DNA of 62,222 nucleotides from Proteromonas lacertae (GCA_002245135.1 NGBS01000295.1:310001-372222), one strand, 5' to 3'; positions 39,775 to 52,037 are shown, counted from the stretch's first letter. Notes: generated by a model from the sequence alone, not told the origin. Numbers and translations: made by a program.

Positions 39775-42700
39775 ATGAGGGATATTTTAAAATCTTTGAG
39801 TAAGATTAAATCAGTACATCCTTCAGTGTTGCTGATTAGAGAAGCTAAGTTTATCAATATGAGTATTGATCCGAAAATAGGTATTTACCCCAAAAAGCTT
39901 ATAAATGGGATTTATGTAATGAAAATTCAAATTAATAGTGAAATTAAAAAATTGGGTATAGGATATTCAAGGTATATCAATGAAGAAGATGGTGATAAAG
40001 TGATAATAATAACGAAAGAGCCATTACTTATAAATGAAGAAAACATAGTGGTAGTTGTAGACAAAGATTTAGGAAAAGATAAAGTTTATGAGATTAGATA
40101 CAATTTAAAAGAAAGAACAATGTCAGTTAATGGAAAATCAAAGTCACTTAATGAAGAAACAATACCAATTAATCAAGAAAGTGATAAAGCAATTTATCCA
40201 CTATTTGTTTTATTTAAGAAAGGTGATGAAATTGAAAAAATTGAAGAGAGAAAAGAAGATATTACTGTGAGGAAAGCAATAACTGATGTTGGTGTTAAAA
40301 AGAGTGATTATAGAATAGAGTATGAAGATAACTGCAGTGTGTTATTTAAATTTCAAAAGGATGGTAAGTTTAATTTTACATTCACTGAAAGAATGGATAA
40401 TGGAATATATCACTTTTTCTATGAAATAATCAATGTTAATAATGGAATATGCTTTGGTTCATGTAAATACGATGATAGAATATCAATTGATGATCAAATA
40501 ATACTTTTGAACTGTGATTCATCAGTTCTAATTGGTAATGATGAGATGATGATAATTAAAGATAATTTTGTTGATGTATTAGCAGTAAAAGGAGAAAAAT
40601 ATGAAATGATTTATGATATGAATGACAGAGAAATAAAGATAAAACAAGGAAATGGCTCAGAAAAATTACTTTTCAAAAATATAAACAAATCAGTTTATCC
40701 ATTTATAAACATTGGTAATGAAGAAGGTGCTGTAAAATTAATCCGTTATTACAAAGAAGCAAGAGTGTCAAAAAAAGCATCAGTATTAAATAATATTAAA
40801 TCAATATATACCCATGTAAAAGAAGATAATGAAATTGAAAAAATTGAAGAGAGAAAAGAAGATATTACTGTGAGGAAAGCAATAACTGATGTTGGTGTTA
40901 AAAACAAAAAATCAAAGACTAAAACAACGGAAGAAGAAAATGTGAATTTAATTGATTATTTTGTAGAAGTTGTTAATAGTTTGAGTTTATGTGATGATGA
41001 TAAATGTTTAAAATTTAGTGATAAAGTGAATGTGTTTCAATTTCCGCAAAGAAAAATTTATATGCGAGAGTGTTATGAAGAGATGTTTAGAGATATTTGC
41101 AGAAGTATGTATTGTAATGACTATATAGTCATTACAGGTCAACCTGGTATAGGTAAAACGTCATTTATCTATGTTCTATTGTATTTCATAAAGAATTTAC
41201 CAATAGATTTTGATGATGGTGAAGATGAATATTTTTATAAAAGAGAATTATTGAAGGAGAGTAGAAATATAGGGCAACAAATGAAAGAATTAAATGCTAA
41301 AGGAAATAAAAAATCAATAAATGATGATATTAAAAAAATGAAAAAATCTTTAGAAATGATGAAAGAAGATAAAAAAGGTTTTAAAAGATGTAAAAAGTAT
41401 GATGATAAAGTTGCAGGATTAAAAGGATTCAATTATTATTTTTTACATACATGGACAAAAAGCGTTGATGATACTGAAAAACTGAAGAAAGAACTAAAAG
41501 ATATATATATAGTGAAAGGGAAGAAAAATGGAAGTGCAAATGAAGTAAAAGTATATCTATTCAAAAATGGTATTCTGTCCATAGTGTCAACTAAACCAAG
41601 TGAAATAAATGATTCGATAATAATAGTTGATACTATTAATGATATATCAGGAAGAAATAATAAAGTAATCTCAATAAGTTCACCTGATAGTGATAATTAT
41701 AGTAGATATACGATGATTGATACGAAAAATAAAGAATTATATTTTGATTCATTAGATGATAGAGAAATTAAAGAATGGTTTAAGTATTGTATTGGTTTAA
41801 GTATTGATGTTAATGGTGATGAATTTAAAGAGATATGTGAAAAATATGGTAATATTCCAAGACTGATTTACTATCACTATTTATACGATAAGAATTACAA
41901 TAAAGATTATTGGGAGTATTACACAGAATTAATCAAAGGAGTAGTTGGTTCTATAAGATATAATGAATTTCTACAGAATTATATGGATAAGGATTACTTA
42001 AAGAAAGACCAGTTATCTAATATAATATTAAAATATGATTTAGAAGAAAAGTATGATAAATATTTAGAACATAATATATTATCTCCAAAACAACATTTAA
42101 GATTTATTTCAGATGATGTTGAAAAATACATAGTTTATAAATTCTATCCAATTAAAAATAAACCAGAATATATTGAAATCAAAAAATACTATACTTCAAT
42201 TGGTAATGATAAAAATATGAAAAAAATTGCAATGAAACAGATATTGACATATGAATTAAGTATTGAAACGATGAAATTGGAATATAAACATCCTGATGGT
42301 GAAGTTACTATAATTGATAATGATTCTAGTTTCAAATTAAATTCAGAAAAACAAGTGTCAATTCATTATCCAGTTGGTGGATTACATTGCGTTTATTACA
42401 TATTGGACGAAGAAAACTATTTTGATTTAATAATGGATGGAATATTTATAAAAGTGTTAATAGATGATGATGATTTTGATGAAGAAAAAGAAAAAATTGA
42501 AAAATCTATAAAAGTATAAATATAATGTATAATATTTATAATAAACTAGGATTATAGTGAAATGAAATATGGTAGATTTATATATGCTGTAATAAAAGAC
42601 TATGAAGTATGTGCATATAATACAGACTTTGTTATTGAACCTTCATCAGATAAAGAACAACAAGCAACAACTTCAAGAACCAGTACAAGCGAAATAGCAG

Positions 42701-44277
42701 CAATAGATACTGTTATAGAAGTATATGTAGATCAAAACGTTTCTTTATTAATGAGAAAATGTTTCTATGAAATGTTGAATATTATTTGTAAAGATGGTTT
42801 CAAATATGACAATCAAAGAAACTATTTGATATTTGGTCATTCTAAAATAGGTAAAACAGTATTAGCTCATCTAATAAGAGATTATATTCATCAACATTAT
42901 AGCGAAATTCGAATAGTTTATAAGTATAACTCTGGCCAAGGATCTTATAGTAATGATAATTATTATAATAATAAGAATAATAATCCATATATAGTAATTT
43001 CTGATGGAGGAGTAATTGGAGAAGATGATTATGCCGATGCAAAAATGATAATAGTCGTAGCTAATCCATGTAAAGCAGAGTATAAAACCTTTCAAAATAA
43101 AAGATGTCCTTTGGTGATGTATATACCACCATTTACAGAAAAAGAAGTAGAGAAAGTAAAAATAGTGAAAGATGCAGATCTAACTACAAAAGAAGACAAT
43201 GGTATTTATAAATTCAAATATTTAAAAAAAAAATCTGATAGAAAAATAGAATGTAATGACAGATTTATAAAAAAATCAAGGGAATTAGACGAAAATGATA
43301 CTAAAGCTAATTTAGAATTATATAATACAAATTATAAATATTATGGAGGTGTAATAGGAAATTCTATAATTAATGAGAAAGTAATTAAAAATCTAGTAGC
43401 AACTATGGATGAGAAAATGATTGATGATATTTTAAAAGGTATTAGTAAATCTTCTTTATCAAAAACAAAATATGAAAATATACTTATATATGAAACATAT
43501 GAAGATGATGTTACTAAAGGTGGTAATCTTAAATTCATAACTGATACAATCAGAGATATGGTAATTCGTGAAAAATTGAGAATTGATTCAAACGACAGAT
43601 GTAAAATAATGATAGACATTCTACTTGATAATCCAACAGGAGGTTTTGCAGGAAATTTATATGAGAAAATTGTTTTATATTTGATGAAGCATTGTGATAT
43701 GTTTAAAAATGATTTGATTAAGAAGTTAGTTAATTTATATGGAATTATTAAATGGTATAAATACAAGATTATTCCAACAGATATAAAAAATGATAATGAT
43801 TTGAAAACTGAAATTAAAAAATTAAAAGAATATGATGGTAAACAGTTAATGCCAATTATAGATTTAAGTTATAGATGTACATTTCCTGATGTTGATTCAT
43901 TTCTAGGACCAATTGGAATTCAAATCACTATAGATAAAGATAAGCCTCATACATACTCATCGTCTATGTCATTAATACTACATAATTTGAACCGTATTTG
44001 TGTAGAAGGATATAATAAAAGAGCAAAATATACTATCGTTCCTAAAGTCTTAGAATTTTTATATCTTTTAATAACTCCAACAGAGAATAAAGGTATTGTA
44101 AAAGATTCAAGAAAAATATATAAATATCCAACCTTTTTACAAATATTAACAAAAGAATTCAATGATGATGATAATGATAAAGATGAGCAGAGATTATTTG
44201 ATAAAGCAAATTGGGAAAAGCGTACAATAATAATTCCATTCAAAGAATTGAAGAATTATGCTTATTATTTAATTTAG
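39775..44277 (+). CDS. Crinkler/RHS-like protein: two SPRY-like headers, NTPase, second NTPase, REase-like domain (~1490 aa)
   Basis: Walker A ITGQPGIGKT with IIIVD; second Walker A IFGHSKIGKT with VISDG; C-terminal GNLYE...FPDVDSF...GIQIT; intron 42514-42549 joins the two ORFs in frame. Confidence 0.75.
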
Positions 44278-44524
44278 CCTATGATAGAATTTTTTATAAT
44301 TATTATTTTATTGACAATTTAAATATGTTAAAAGATATATTTAAATATACCTTCTCATATTTTAACGACTAATGCTCAATACATTGGTATTATCAAGCAG
44401 TATATTGCTAACCATAATCATAATCATAATCTTATAATATCTCAAACATATAGTATAAGTAATTATGTTAGAAAACAGATTCATAGAAAAGTTATATCAA
44501 TAAGATAAACCATGTATGATGAAG

Positions 44525-44751
44525 TGTCGCGCGCGATAAAGAAATTTGCGAGGTAAAGGAAGTAATTGTTTATATTTAGATCTAATATAATATTATTGTT
44601 AATGTCATCATGTTATGTATGAATATATAATCATTTTGTCTTAAAACATTCACTTCATATCCATCTTCCTTATATCTATCATATAACATTTTCACTTTAA
44701 TTGAAACTTATTACTTCCTTTACCTCGCAAATTTCTTTATCGCGCGTGACA
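44525..44751. mobile_element. 227-bp MITE-like element with 42-bp terminal inverted repeats
   Basis: 44525-44566 and 44710-44751 are inverted with one mismatch; TGTC...GACA ends; no TSD seen. Confidence 0.7.
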
Positions 44752-44815
44752 AAACCCTCTACTGTCGAATTAGTTTCTAATAAAACCCTTTTATCTCCCA
44801 ACGACTCAAATCTCC

Positions 44816-45433
44816 TGTTCTGAGCAGTTGAGCTAAATGCGCCGTTGAGCGTTAAGAAGACTTTTTTCAATTCTAATATCATAAATGTAACCTCTGGCCC
44901 TTCAATATTACTAATCAACACTTTGTTTTCCAAAATAGTTACGTTTGCCTAATATCATATAGTCGTGTTTAGGTTCCTCTACTGGAAACACTTTTTATTT
45001 TTATATTATTTTAAATGCTTATAACAATAGTAGACATCGGGATAAAGGTTTTAAATAGAAAAGGAATACCTAATTATTGCATTTACCTGCTTAAAATTTA
45101 TTTTGAAAAAACAGGCTTGAATGAGGCTTGAATAGATTATTTATTTATTCGTTTTTAAGTGTCTTAACATCTAAATATGTGTGATTGATTTGCTTAAACT
45201 AATGTATTTTTAACTCTAGTAGTGATTGAAGCAAAAAAATTAAAAATTAAATTATAATTGTTTTCAATATGTTAGGATGAAGTTTAAAAAAATATATATC
45301 GCAGATGTAGTTTATATGACAAAGTAAGATTATATTTGCATATAACTTGCCATCAAACCACACACTATCATTTTAGAATTGAAAAAAGACTTCTTAACGC
45401 TCAACGGCGCATTTAGCTCAACGGCGCACACCA
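44816..45433. mobile_element. Non-autonomous TIR element with 5-bp TSD TCTCC
   Basis: About 60-bp imperfect TIRs; TCTCC at 44811-44815 and 45434-45438. Confidence 0.85.
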
Positions 45434-45459
45434 TCTCCCAACGAAGTACATCAACTCAG

Positions 45460-45670
45460 ATCAATTGTTGACTGAACTGCTACACTTGTGCAACTATAAT
45501 TTATAATAATAATCTAAAATACTGTCTTGCATGTCTTTTTAACTGAGTAGCATGCTTGATGATAAACATTTTGCACTTTTTGCATTCAATTATTGATGTT
45601 ATATAATCTATAGATATTATCTCTAAACCTATTATGAGATGGCGTTCAAAATGCAAGAACTCGAGTTAAT
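45460..45670 (-). repeat. Dispersed copy of the hAT BED-finger segment
   Basis: About 210 bp nearly identical to 49561-49771. Confidence 0.85.
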
Positions 45671-46121
45671 GAAGGCATATTTTATAGCACAAATTAGCGT
45701 TGTTGTGCGCCGTTGAGCCTCTCTCATCATACAATTACTTTTGAAACAAACTAATTTCATTTTTATCTTAGTTATAAAGAGTTATTAACAAATATATAGT
45801 TAGTTTGTCATATGACCTATATCTGTAATATACTTTTTTATTTTAATGTTCATTTTCTATTTTAATGTTTCAGTCACTACTACAGACTAAAATACATTAT
45901 CTGATATAATAGAATACACTATTTTTTATGTTTAGATACTGAAAAAAGAAAAAAGAAAAAATATATTCAAGCCTCACTCAAGCCTGCTCATAAATTTCCT
46001 TTTTTATTACATTAACATTAAAAATAGTGTATTCTATGCATATCAGATAATGTATTTTAGTCTGTAGTAGTGACTGAAACATTAAAATAGAAAATGAATA
46101 AAAATTAGTTTAATATTGATA

Positions 46122-47836
46122 CAGTGATTTTACTTTTACTTAAGATAATTTTCGAAAAACTTAAGCAAGCCTTCGAGTTATTTTCAAAATACTTAAGTGT
46201 GAAACCGACATTTTCAAAAAATTTGAGATTTATTGCGAAATACTTGAGCTTTTTTCAAGCTCTCTTTTTTTGAATTATTTGTTCTATCATAAATTGTAAA
46301 TTAATCTCACTCAAAACAAAGTATAAAAATATTACATTATAAATGACATAGATTTGAATAATATGACACTTAACTATGTTAATCTTAATGATGAATACTG
46401 CAGAAATGATTTTATAAGAAATGCTCCAGTAGTAGAAACCGTTATTGATAATAATCCAGGAAGAATGCCTGAACCATCTGAGTATTTAACTCATCATCAA
46501 TTAGAAGTAATGACAAGTAGCACTATTGCTCCTTCTATAAATGTTATTCCAGAAACTGTAGTTATAACTCCTAAAAAAAGGATATATCAGAAATTAACTC
46601 AGGATCAATTGGATTTACTAAAAAAAATCTATAGTAAAGAAGGTCCTTTATATCCATTAGATAAATACTCATGCTACACTGGTATTAAAAGTAACAGATT
46701 AAAAAGTCTAATTTGCTCTCTCAAGAAAGGTGAATGTATCGATAAATCAACAGTTAAAAAAGGAAGGAATAGAAAATTGACATCAATAGAGTCGAATCTA
46801 CTAGTTGATCTAATCAAAGATAATAATAGAAATACATTAAATATGATGAAAGCTGTAATAAAGGATAAAAGCAACATATCAGTATCTATTACCACATTAC
46901 ACAGACATCTTAAACATCGTATGGTTGATGATAACCTTCCAAATATTACCCTAAAACGATTTGTTCCTCGTGGCTCATGTGATGATGCTACTTCAATTGA
47001 AGCTTTAAAAGATCAAAGGGAAATTGTTGTTCAAAAGATGTTAAGCTTAATTGGTCAAGGTTACAGGCCAATTTTCATTGATGAAGCTCACTGGCAGATG
47101 GGATTAGTTTCTAAGCGTGCCAGATCTGATGTGTGTGTTCCGGCTGTAGTTCATATGTGTAGTGGTTCTTCTGAAATTACAGTAATTGCTAGCATGTCCG
47201 TAATAGGCATGCATTTCTGTCAAGTGATTTACGGAAGTAATTCAATAGAAGTTTTCAATTCCTATATAAGACATTTACTTGTGGATATAAAACCACTTGG
47301 TAGGTTTGTATTATTCAACACAATATACTCTCCACCTATGAATCCAATTGAAAACACAATATCTCTTCTGTTACTGGAAGAAGAGATCTGAATGTAGTAA
47401 CTATCTAAAGAGAGAAGATATACTAATTAAAATACGTGATTCGTTTTATACAATTACATCACAAGAGTGTTACAGCACTGTCCAATCTGTTACACATGGT
47501 ATATATTCCAGAGTTATTAATAGAGAAGATATTTAGTCAATATATTATACTATAATTAATGTTTAACAATTCATTTGTATTATATTTCACATTAATATGC
47601 CTAATCTTTAGTATTTTAACCACAGCAAATATATATATAAAATGCAAACTATTATTACTTATTATACTTTCAAAAATTATATTAACAAAAAAAGAGAGCT
47701 TGAAAAAAGCTCAAGTATTTCGCAATAAATCTCAAGTTTTTAGAAAATGTCGGTTTCACACTTAAGTATTTTGAAAATAACTCGAAGGCTTGCTTAAGTT
47801 TTTCGAAAATTATCTTAAGTAAAAGTAAAATCACTG
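46122..47836 (+). mobile_element. IS630-Tc1-mariner DNA transposon
   Basis: About 150-bp near-perfect TIRs CAGTG...CACTG, with TA on both sides (46120-46121 and 47837-47838). Confidence 0.92.
46354..47536 (+). pseudogene. Defective IS630/Tc1-type transposase
   Basis: KKGRNRKLT plus HTH, FIDE (first Asp), YSPPMNPIE. The segment holding the second Asp is missing, and there is a frameshift near 47360. Confidence 0.85.
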
Positions 47837-48260
47837 TAATAATGAAGTTCATAAAAAAGTATATTACAGATAAAGGTCGTATGACATACTAACTATATAT
47901 TTGTTAATAACTTTTTATAACTATGATAAAAATGATATTAGTTTGTTTTAAAAGTAATTGTATGATGAGAGAGGCTCAACGGCGCACAACAAGCGTAATA
48001 CTAAGCATATATCATGTGAAGTTCTGTTATGTGATGAGTGTTTGTAAATGGGGATATATTTCATTTAACTACACAGAGTCCTCTAAGTGGTATAAATAGG
48101 TCTGAGTTCGGCGGAGACAGGGACAAGAGTATGATAAAGGACAGTAATTTGTCCTTTTTGTAAACATTTGATATTATCTTTTTGTAATATAAATTAATTA
48201 TGTGATTTTTTTGTTTATTATAACATTTATAAGTAAGAATAAAGATAATTAATAATAACA

Positions 48261-49771
48261 TTAATAATCTGGGCTACCTTCTTCACTTTCATCATCATCT
48301 TCTTCACTTATTTCTTCCACATTAGTAATTTCTCTATTTTCATCTTCATCACTTTCAACATTTTGTTCTTTTTCTCTCTTATTTCTCTCAACTAATTCAT
48401 ACTTTAATCTCATAATGTTATTAATAGTATCTAAGTTTAATCTGTTTCTCCTGTATGAATGTATTACGCTTTCGATGGAGAAACTTCTCTCAAAAAAAGA
48501 GCTTGAACATGGTATTGTTAATAAAATATCAAAAAAATTATAAATTTCTAAATTTTCTAAACTATAAATATCATTTTTATCTCCATGTTTGAATTTATAG
48601 TTTACATTTAAATATTGACTTATCAATAATATATCCAAATTCGCTAATTCCAATTGTTTGGTAATTATATTCTTTATATTATCATTTTCGCATGACTTCA
48701 AATATCTCTTTATTGATTTAATGATACAGTATGCATCGCTTAAAGTAGTGCTATCTCTGCTTAATTCTTGCGCATATGTTTATAGCTTGTTGATAATTTT
48801 CATTATTTCACTTATTTCTTCGCAACGACTTTCATTTAATAACTTAGCATCAATTAAAATATCTTTGTGTTTAATAATTTTGCTAAACATTTTTGAAAAG
48901 GATGACCATCTAGTTGGATATCCTTTTCTGATCTGCGGAACTTCCTGATATTTGTTGAATATAAATTGTCTTACACGTGTATTGTTTTTTAGTTTATGAA
49001 TCATGTCATTGCAATACTGAAGAATATCATTATACTTATCAATTTCCATTATTTTTTTGGTAATTAAATTTACAACATGAGCAAGGCATCCAAATGTAAT
49101 AATTGTATTGCTTGTTCTTTGTTGAATAACTTCACCAATATGTTTCATAGTTGGATTGTTGTCACTTACTACTGCAGAAATGTTATTCATATCCAAATTA
49201 TTTCTTTCTAAGGTATCAGAAATAAGATCTACAATATTTCTTGTTGTTTGTACCTGTTTTTGTAATACACTTTCAACAAATACAATTCTTTGATTCTGTT
49301 TAACTGCTATGTTTATAATGCTATTTCCAAGTATATTTTTCCATTCATCCAATATTATTGTTAGTTTTTTTCTTCTATCTATACACTCATTTAACATTTT
49401 CTTCGATTCTGTTTCAATTATCTTTTTTAACTTTTTTAGTTGATGGTACAGCATAATTTTTGAACAAGCTTTTGAACGATTTGGATTCCACTACGCATAA
49501 AGGGAGATTGTTTTTTATTGTTAATTCAACAATCTCCTTGTCTTTGCTATGATCACTCATATCAATTGTTAACTGAACTGCTACACTTGTGCAACTATAA
49601 TTTATAATAATAATCTAAAATACTGTCTTGCATGTCTTTTTAACTGAGTAGCATGCTTGATGATAAACATTTTGCACTTTTTGCATTCAATTATTGATGT
49701 TATATAATCTATAGATATTATCTCTAAACCTATTATGAGATGGCGTTCAAAATGCAAGAACTCGAGTTAAT
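48261..49771 (-). pseudogene. Degenerate hAT transposase (BED finger, DUF659-like RNase H, hATC)
   Basis: HF...CKKC...TQLKRH BED finger; LDEWKN, SDN, CLAHVVNL, PTRWSS, PCSSSFFERSFS; interrupted by stops and frameshifts. Confidence 0.85.
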
Positions 49772-50001
49772 CAAACATTTTTTCTTTTTTCTACTTTTTA
49801 TTCGTATTTAATTCAAGCATATGTTATAGTAGAAAATAGTGTAATGATAAGCATGTATTTTCTATCTTCACATATTTTCTATCCTGATAAAATTTCTATC
49901 TTTAATATTAATAGAATGAAGAGGAAGATCACTTGACTTAATTACATTACCATCTAGAACATCAACCACATCATCATTAGTATATATAATATTTTTTATT
50001 T

Positions 50002-50265
50002 CTATAGGATAATTGAATGTATATTATAATCTGTAATATTTTTGTTGTGTAAAAAAAAAGAAGTGAAGCGTTCATATGCTAACAAATGCTTCACTTCAAT
50101 ATTAAGATTATACTTTAGGTTAATAAGTATCATATGACTACAGGGAATACCAGTAAATTCACTATAGTTGCATGAGCAGAAGAGTAAATCATCTATTAAT
50201 TTGACTTCATATTCATCATCAACTGTATATACATTAAATATTGAATGGTAATTAGAATTAATCAA
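50002..50265 (-). pseudogene. SWIM zinc-finger fragment, probable Mutator/MULE transposase relic
   Basis: CSCNYSEFTGIPCSHMI matches the SWIM pattern CxCx(n)CxH. Confidence 0.65.
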
Positions 50266-50911
50266 AGTTATAAGTTGTTTATTCAGATTATGGGGACTTT
50301 TTTTTTTAGCCTAGGTTCAAATTTTGAGCCTTACTTTTTTTTAGCTAGTCCGATAGTTTCTAAACTTCGATATTAAACTTAATTAGGTCAAAAACATATA
50401 ACTAATCTATTCTAAAAAAATTGAAGCTTTCTTATTTCTAATTGAAAACATAATTAATCTCTATTTTTGCATTTCGCTTTTATGTGCATAAATCAGTTAT
50501 GCATTATCACTGCACTTAGGATCTCCAGTTTATTTTGTTATTAAGCTGATAATGGATGAGAAAAAAGCAAAATAAATTTCTTAACACAAGCTTTTGATTT
50601 GACAAACTATCTTGATTTTTATTTTTTGAGCCTACGCATTGTATATATATATGTATAACCGTAAGAATATCACTGTAGGTGGGTAACCCGTACCAGACTA
50701 TTCTTAGGTGCCTCCTACAGGTAAGAATAAGCGATTTGAGTGTAAATTAGTTTTTGGTACGGGTTATACTGGAGGAAGCGGTGAGTTTAAATTTCTTTAT
50801 ATATTTTAGTGTATGAGTAATTTTATGGGTTAAAATTTTTTCTTTTGCTTTTTGTATATAATTTCATTTAACTTTTTCTTATTGTTATTTATCAATCATA
50901 ATTTCAAAAGA

Positions 50912-51265
50912 ATGTCAAGAATTTGGATCGAGAATGTTAATATAGAAGATAGAAATAAGCGTGAAGATGAAGACTTTGAAAGAATCTATGCAATCATTGA
51001 AAGTGAAGTAGCTAGAATAGTAGCTCAACCACCACCACCATCACCTCCAGTAGTAATGTGGTATACATCTGATACAGCTGATGAGGATGATAGAAAGTAT
51101 GAAGAATGGTGTGCAATTCATAAACCAACTAGAGTAGCACAAGCAACCATACGTCCTAGAAAATGGGTTGATCCTGAAGAAGAACACAGAAAAACAAAGA
51201 TGTTAAAGCGTTATGGCATTGATGAAAAAAACATCATTGAAGAGAGACTAAGATTTCATAACTAA
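50912..51265 (+). CDS. Element ORFan (MSRIWIENV...)
   Basis: Intronless ORF with a Pro tract; first ATG at 50912. Confidence 0.55.
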   Translation: MSRIWIENVNIEDRNKREDEDFERIYAIIESEVARIVAQPPPPSPPVVMWYTSDTADEDDRKYEEWCAIHKPTRVAQATIRPRKWVDPEEEHRKTKMLKRYGIDEKNIIEERLRFHN

Positions 51266-51392
51266 TTCTTAAATCATTGGTTTTAATTGAATTTTGTTTT
51301 TTGATTGGTTGAATAGAAATAAACATAATATTACATAATTCTTTTCATTCATAAATTTCTTGCGATTTTTGAAATAATCTACATAAATTAAA

Positions 51393-51974
51393 ATGAGTGA
51401 TTTACAAAATGAACTTGATGCTAGTATTGAAAAACACTTACAAGAAGGTGAAATGTATGAGAATGATATGTCTGAAGTAAAATCATTAATTATTAAAGTA
51501 TTTAAGGATATGCTGGATGGTATGTATTCTGTGATTGAAGAGTATGAAGATGATCCAGAATGGAGTGAACAACCAGGTGATGATATTGATATAACAATGG
51601 AAGAAGAAGTGAAGGAAGAAAAACAAAGTGAATCTAAATCTAAAAAAAGAAAGGATATAACAAAATCAGATCCAGATTCACAGATATGTAGTACTTGTGG
51701 TAAGAAGAAAGCTAATGATGAATTTGGTTATAAGAGTGAAGATGTATTCTATAAATCTTGTACAGAGTGTAGAAATAAGAAGAAGAGAAGATATGAAGAA
51801 GTAAAGAAAGGAAGTGATAATAGTGGAGAAGATAAGAAGCGTAAAGTAGAGAATAGTTACACTGCCGAGGGTCGACCAAAGGTAGATATTGCTAAAGTAG
51901 AAACATCTACAAGTTCTATCCCGAGGGTAGCTACAGTAGATCTAACTACATCACCTACTTGTATAATTAATTAA
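51393..51974 (+). CDS. Acidic protein with C4 zinc finger
   Basis: CSTCGKKK...F...YKSCTECR. Confidence 0.65.
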   Translation: MSDLQNELDASIEKHLQEGEMYENDMSEVKSLIIKVFKDMLDGMYSVIEEYEDDPEWSEQPGDDIDITMEEEVKEEKQSESKSKKRKDITKSDPDSQICSTCGKKKANDEFGYKSEDVFYKSCTECRNKKKRRYEEVKKGSDNSGEDKKRKVENSYTAEGRPKVDIAKVETSTSSIPRVATVDLTTSPTCIIN

Positions 51975-52037
51975 CTTTGGTTTAAAATTCATTTTTATAT
52001 TTCTATGCGTTTTTATATATAAATAATTTCACATAAT

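Larger units (their letters stand above)
45701..47991. mobile_element. Non-autonomous long-TIR element (TGTTG...CAACA) with 5-bp TSD AGCGT, hosting a Tc1/mariner insertion
   Basis: 140-bp TIRs at 45701-45840 and 47852-47991, plus inner inverted arms at 45849-45907 and 46040-46098; AGCGT at 45696-45700 and 47992-47996. Confidence 0.9.

Noticed and set aside
46122..47836. Fanzor/TnpB cargo in the Tc1-like element
   Set aside because: No RuvC or Zn-ribbon ORF, and no room beside the transposase.
45460..49771. 210-bp direct repeats as LTRs of a retrotransposon
   Set aside because: The repeat is hAT BED-finger coding sequence; there is no gag/RT between the copies and no TG...CA ends.
50670..50784. 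HDV-like or hammerhead ribozyme call for the structured element
   Set aside because: The P3/L3 geometry does not fit HDV, and no CUGANGA/GAAA core is present on either strand. Kept only as an unknown structure.
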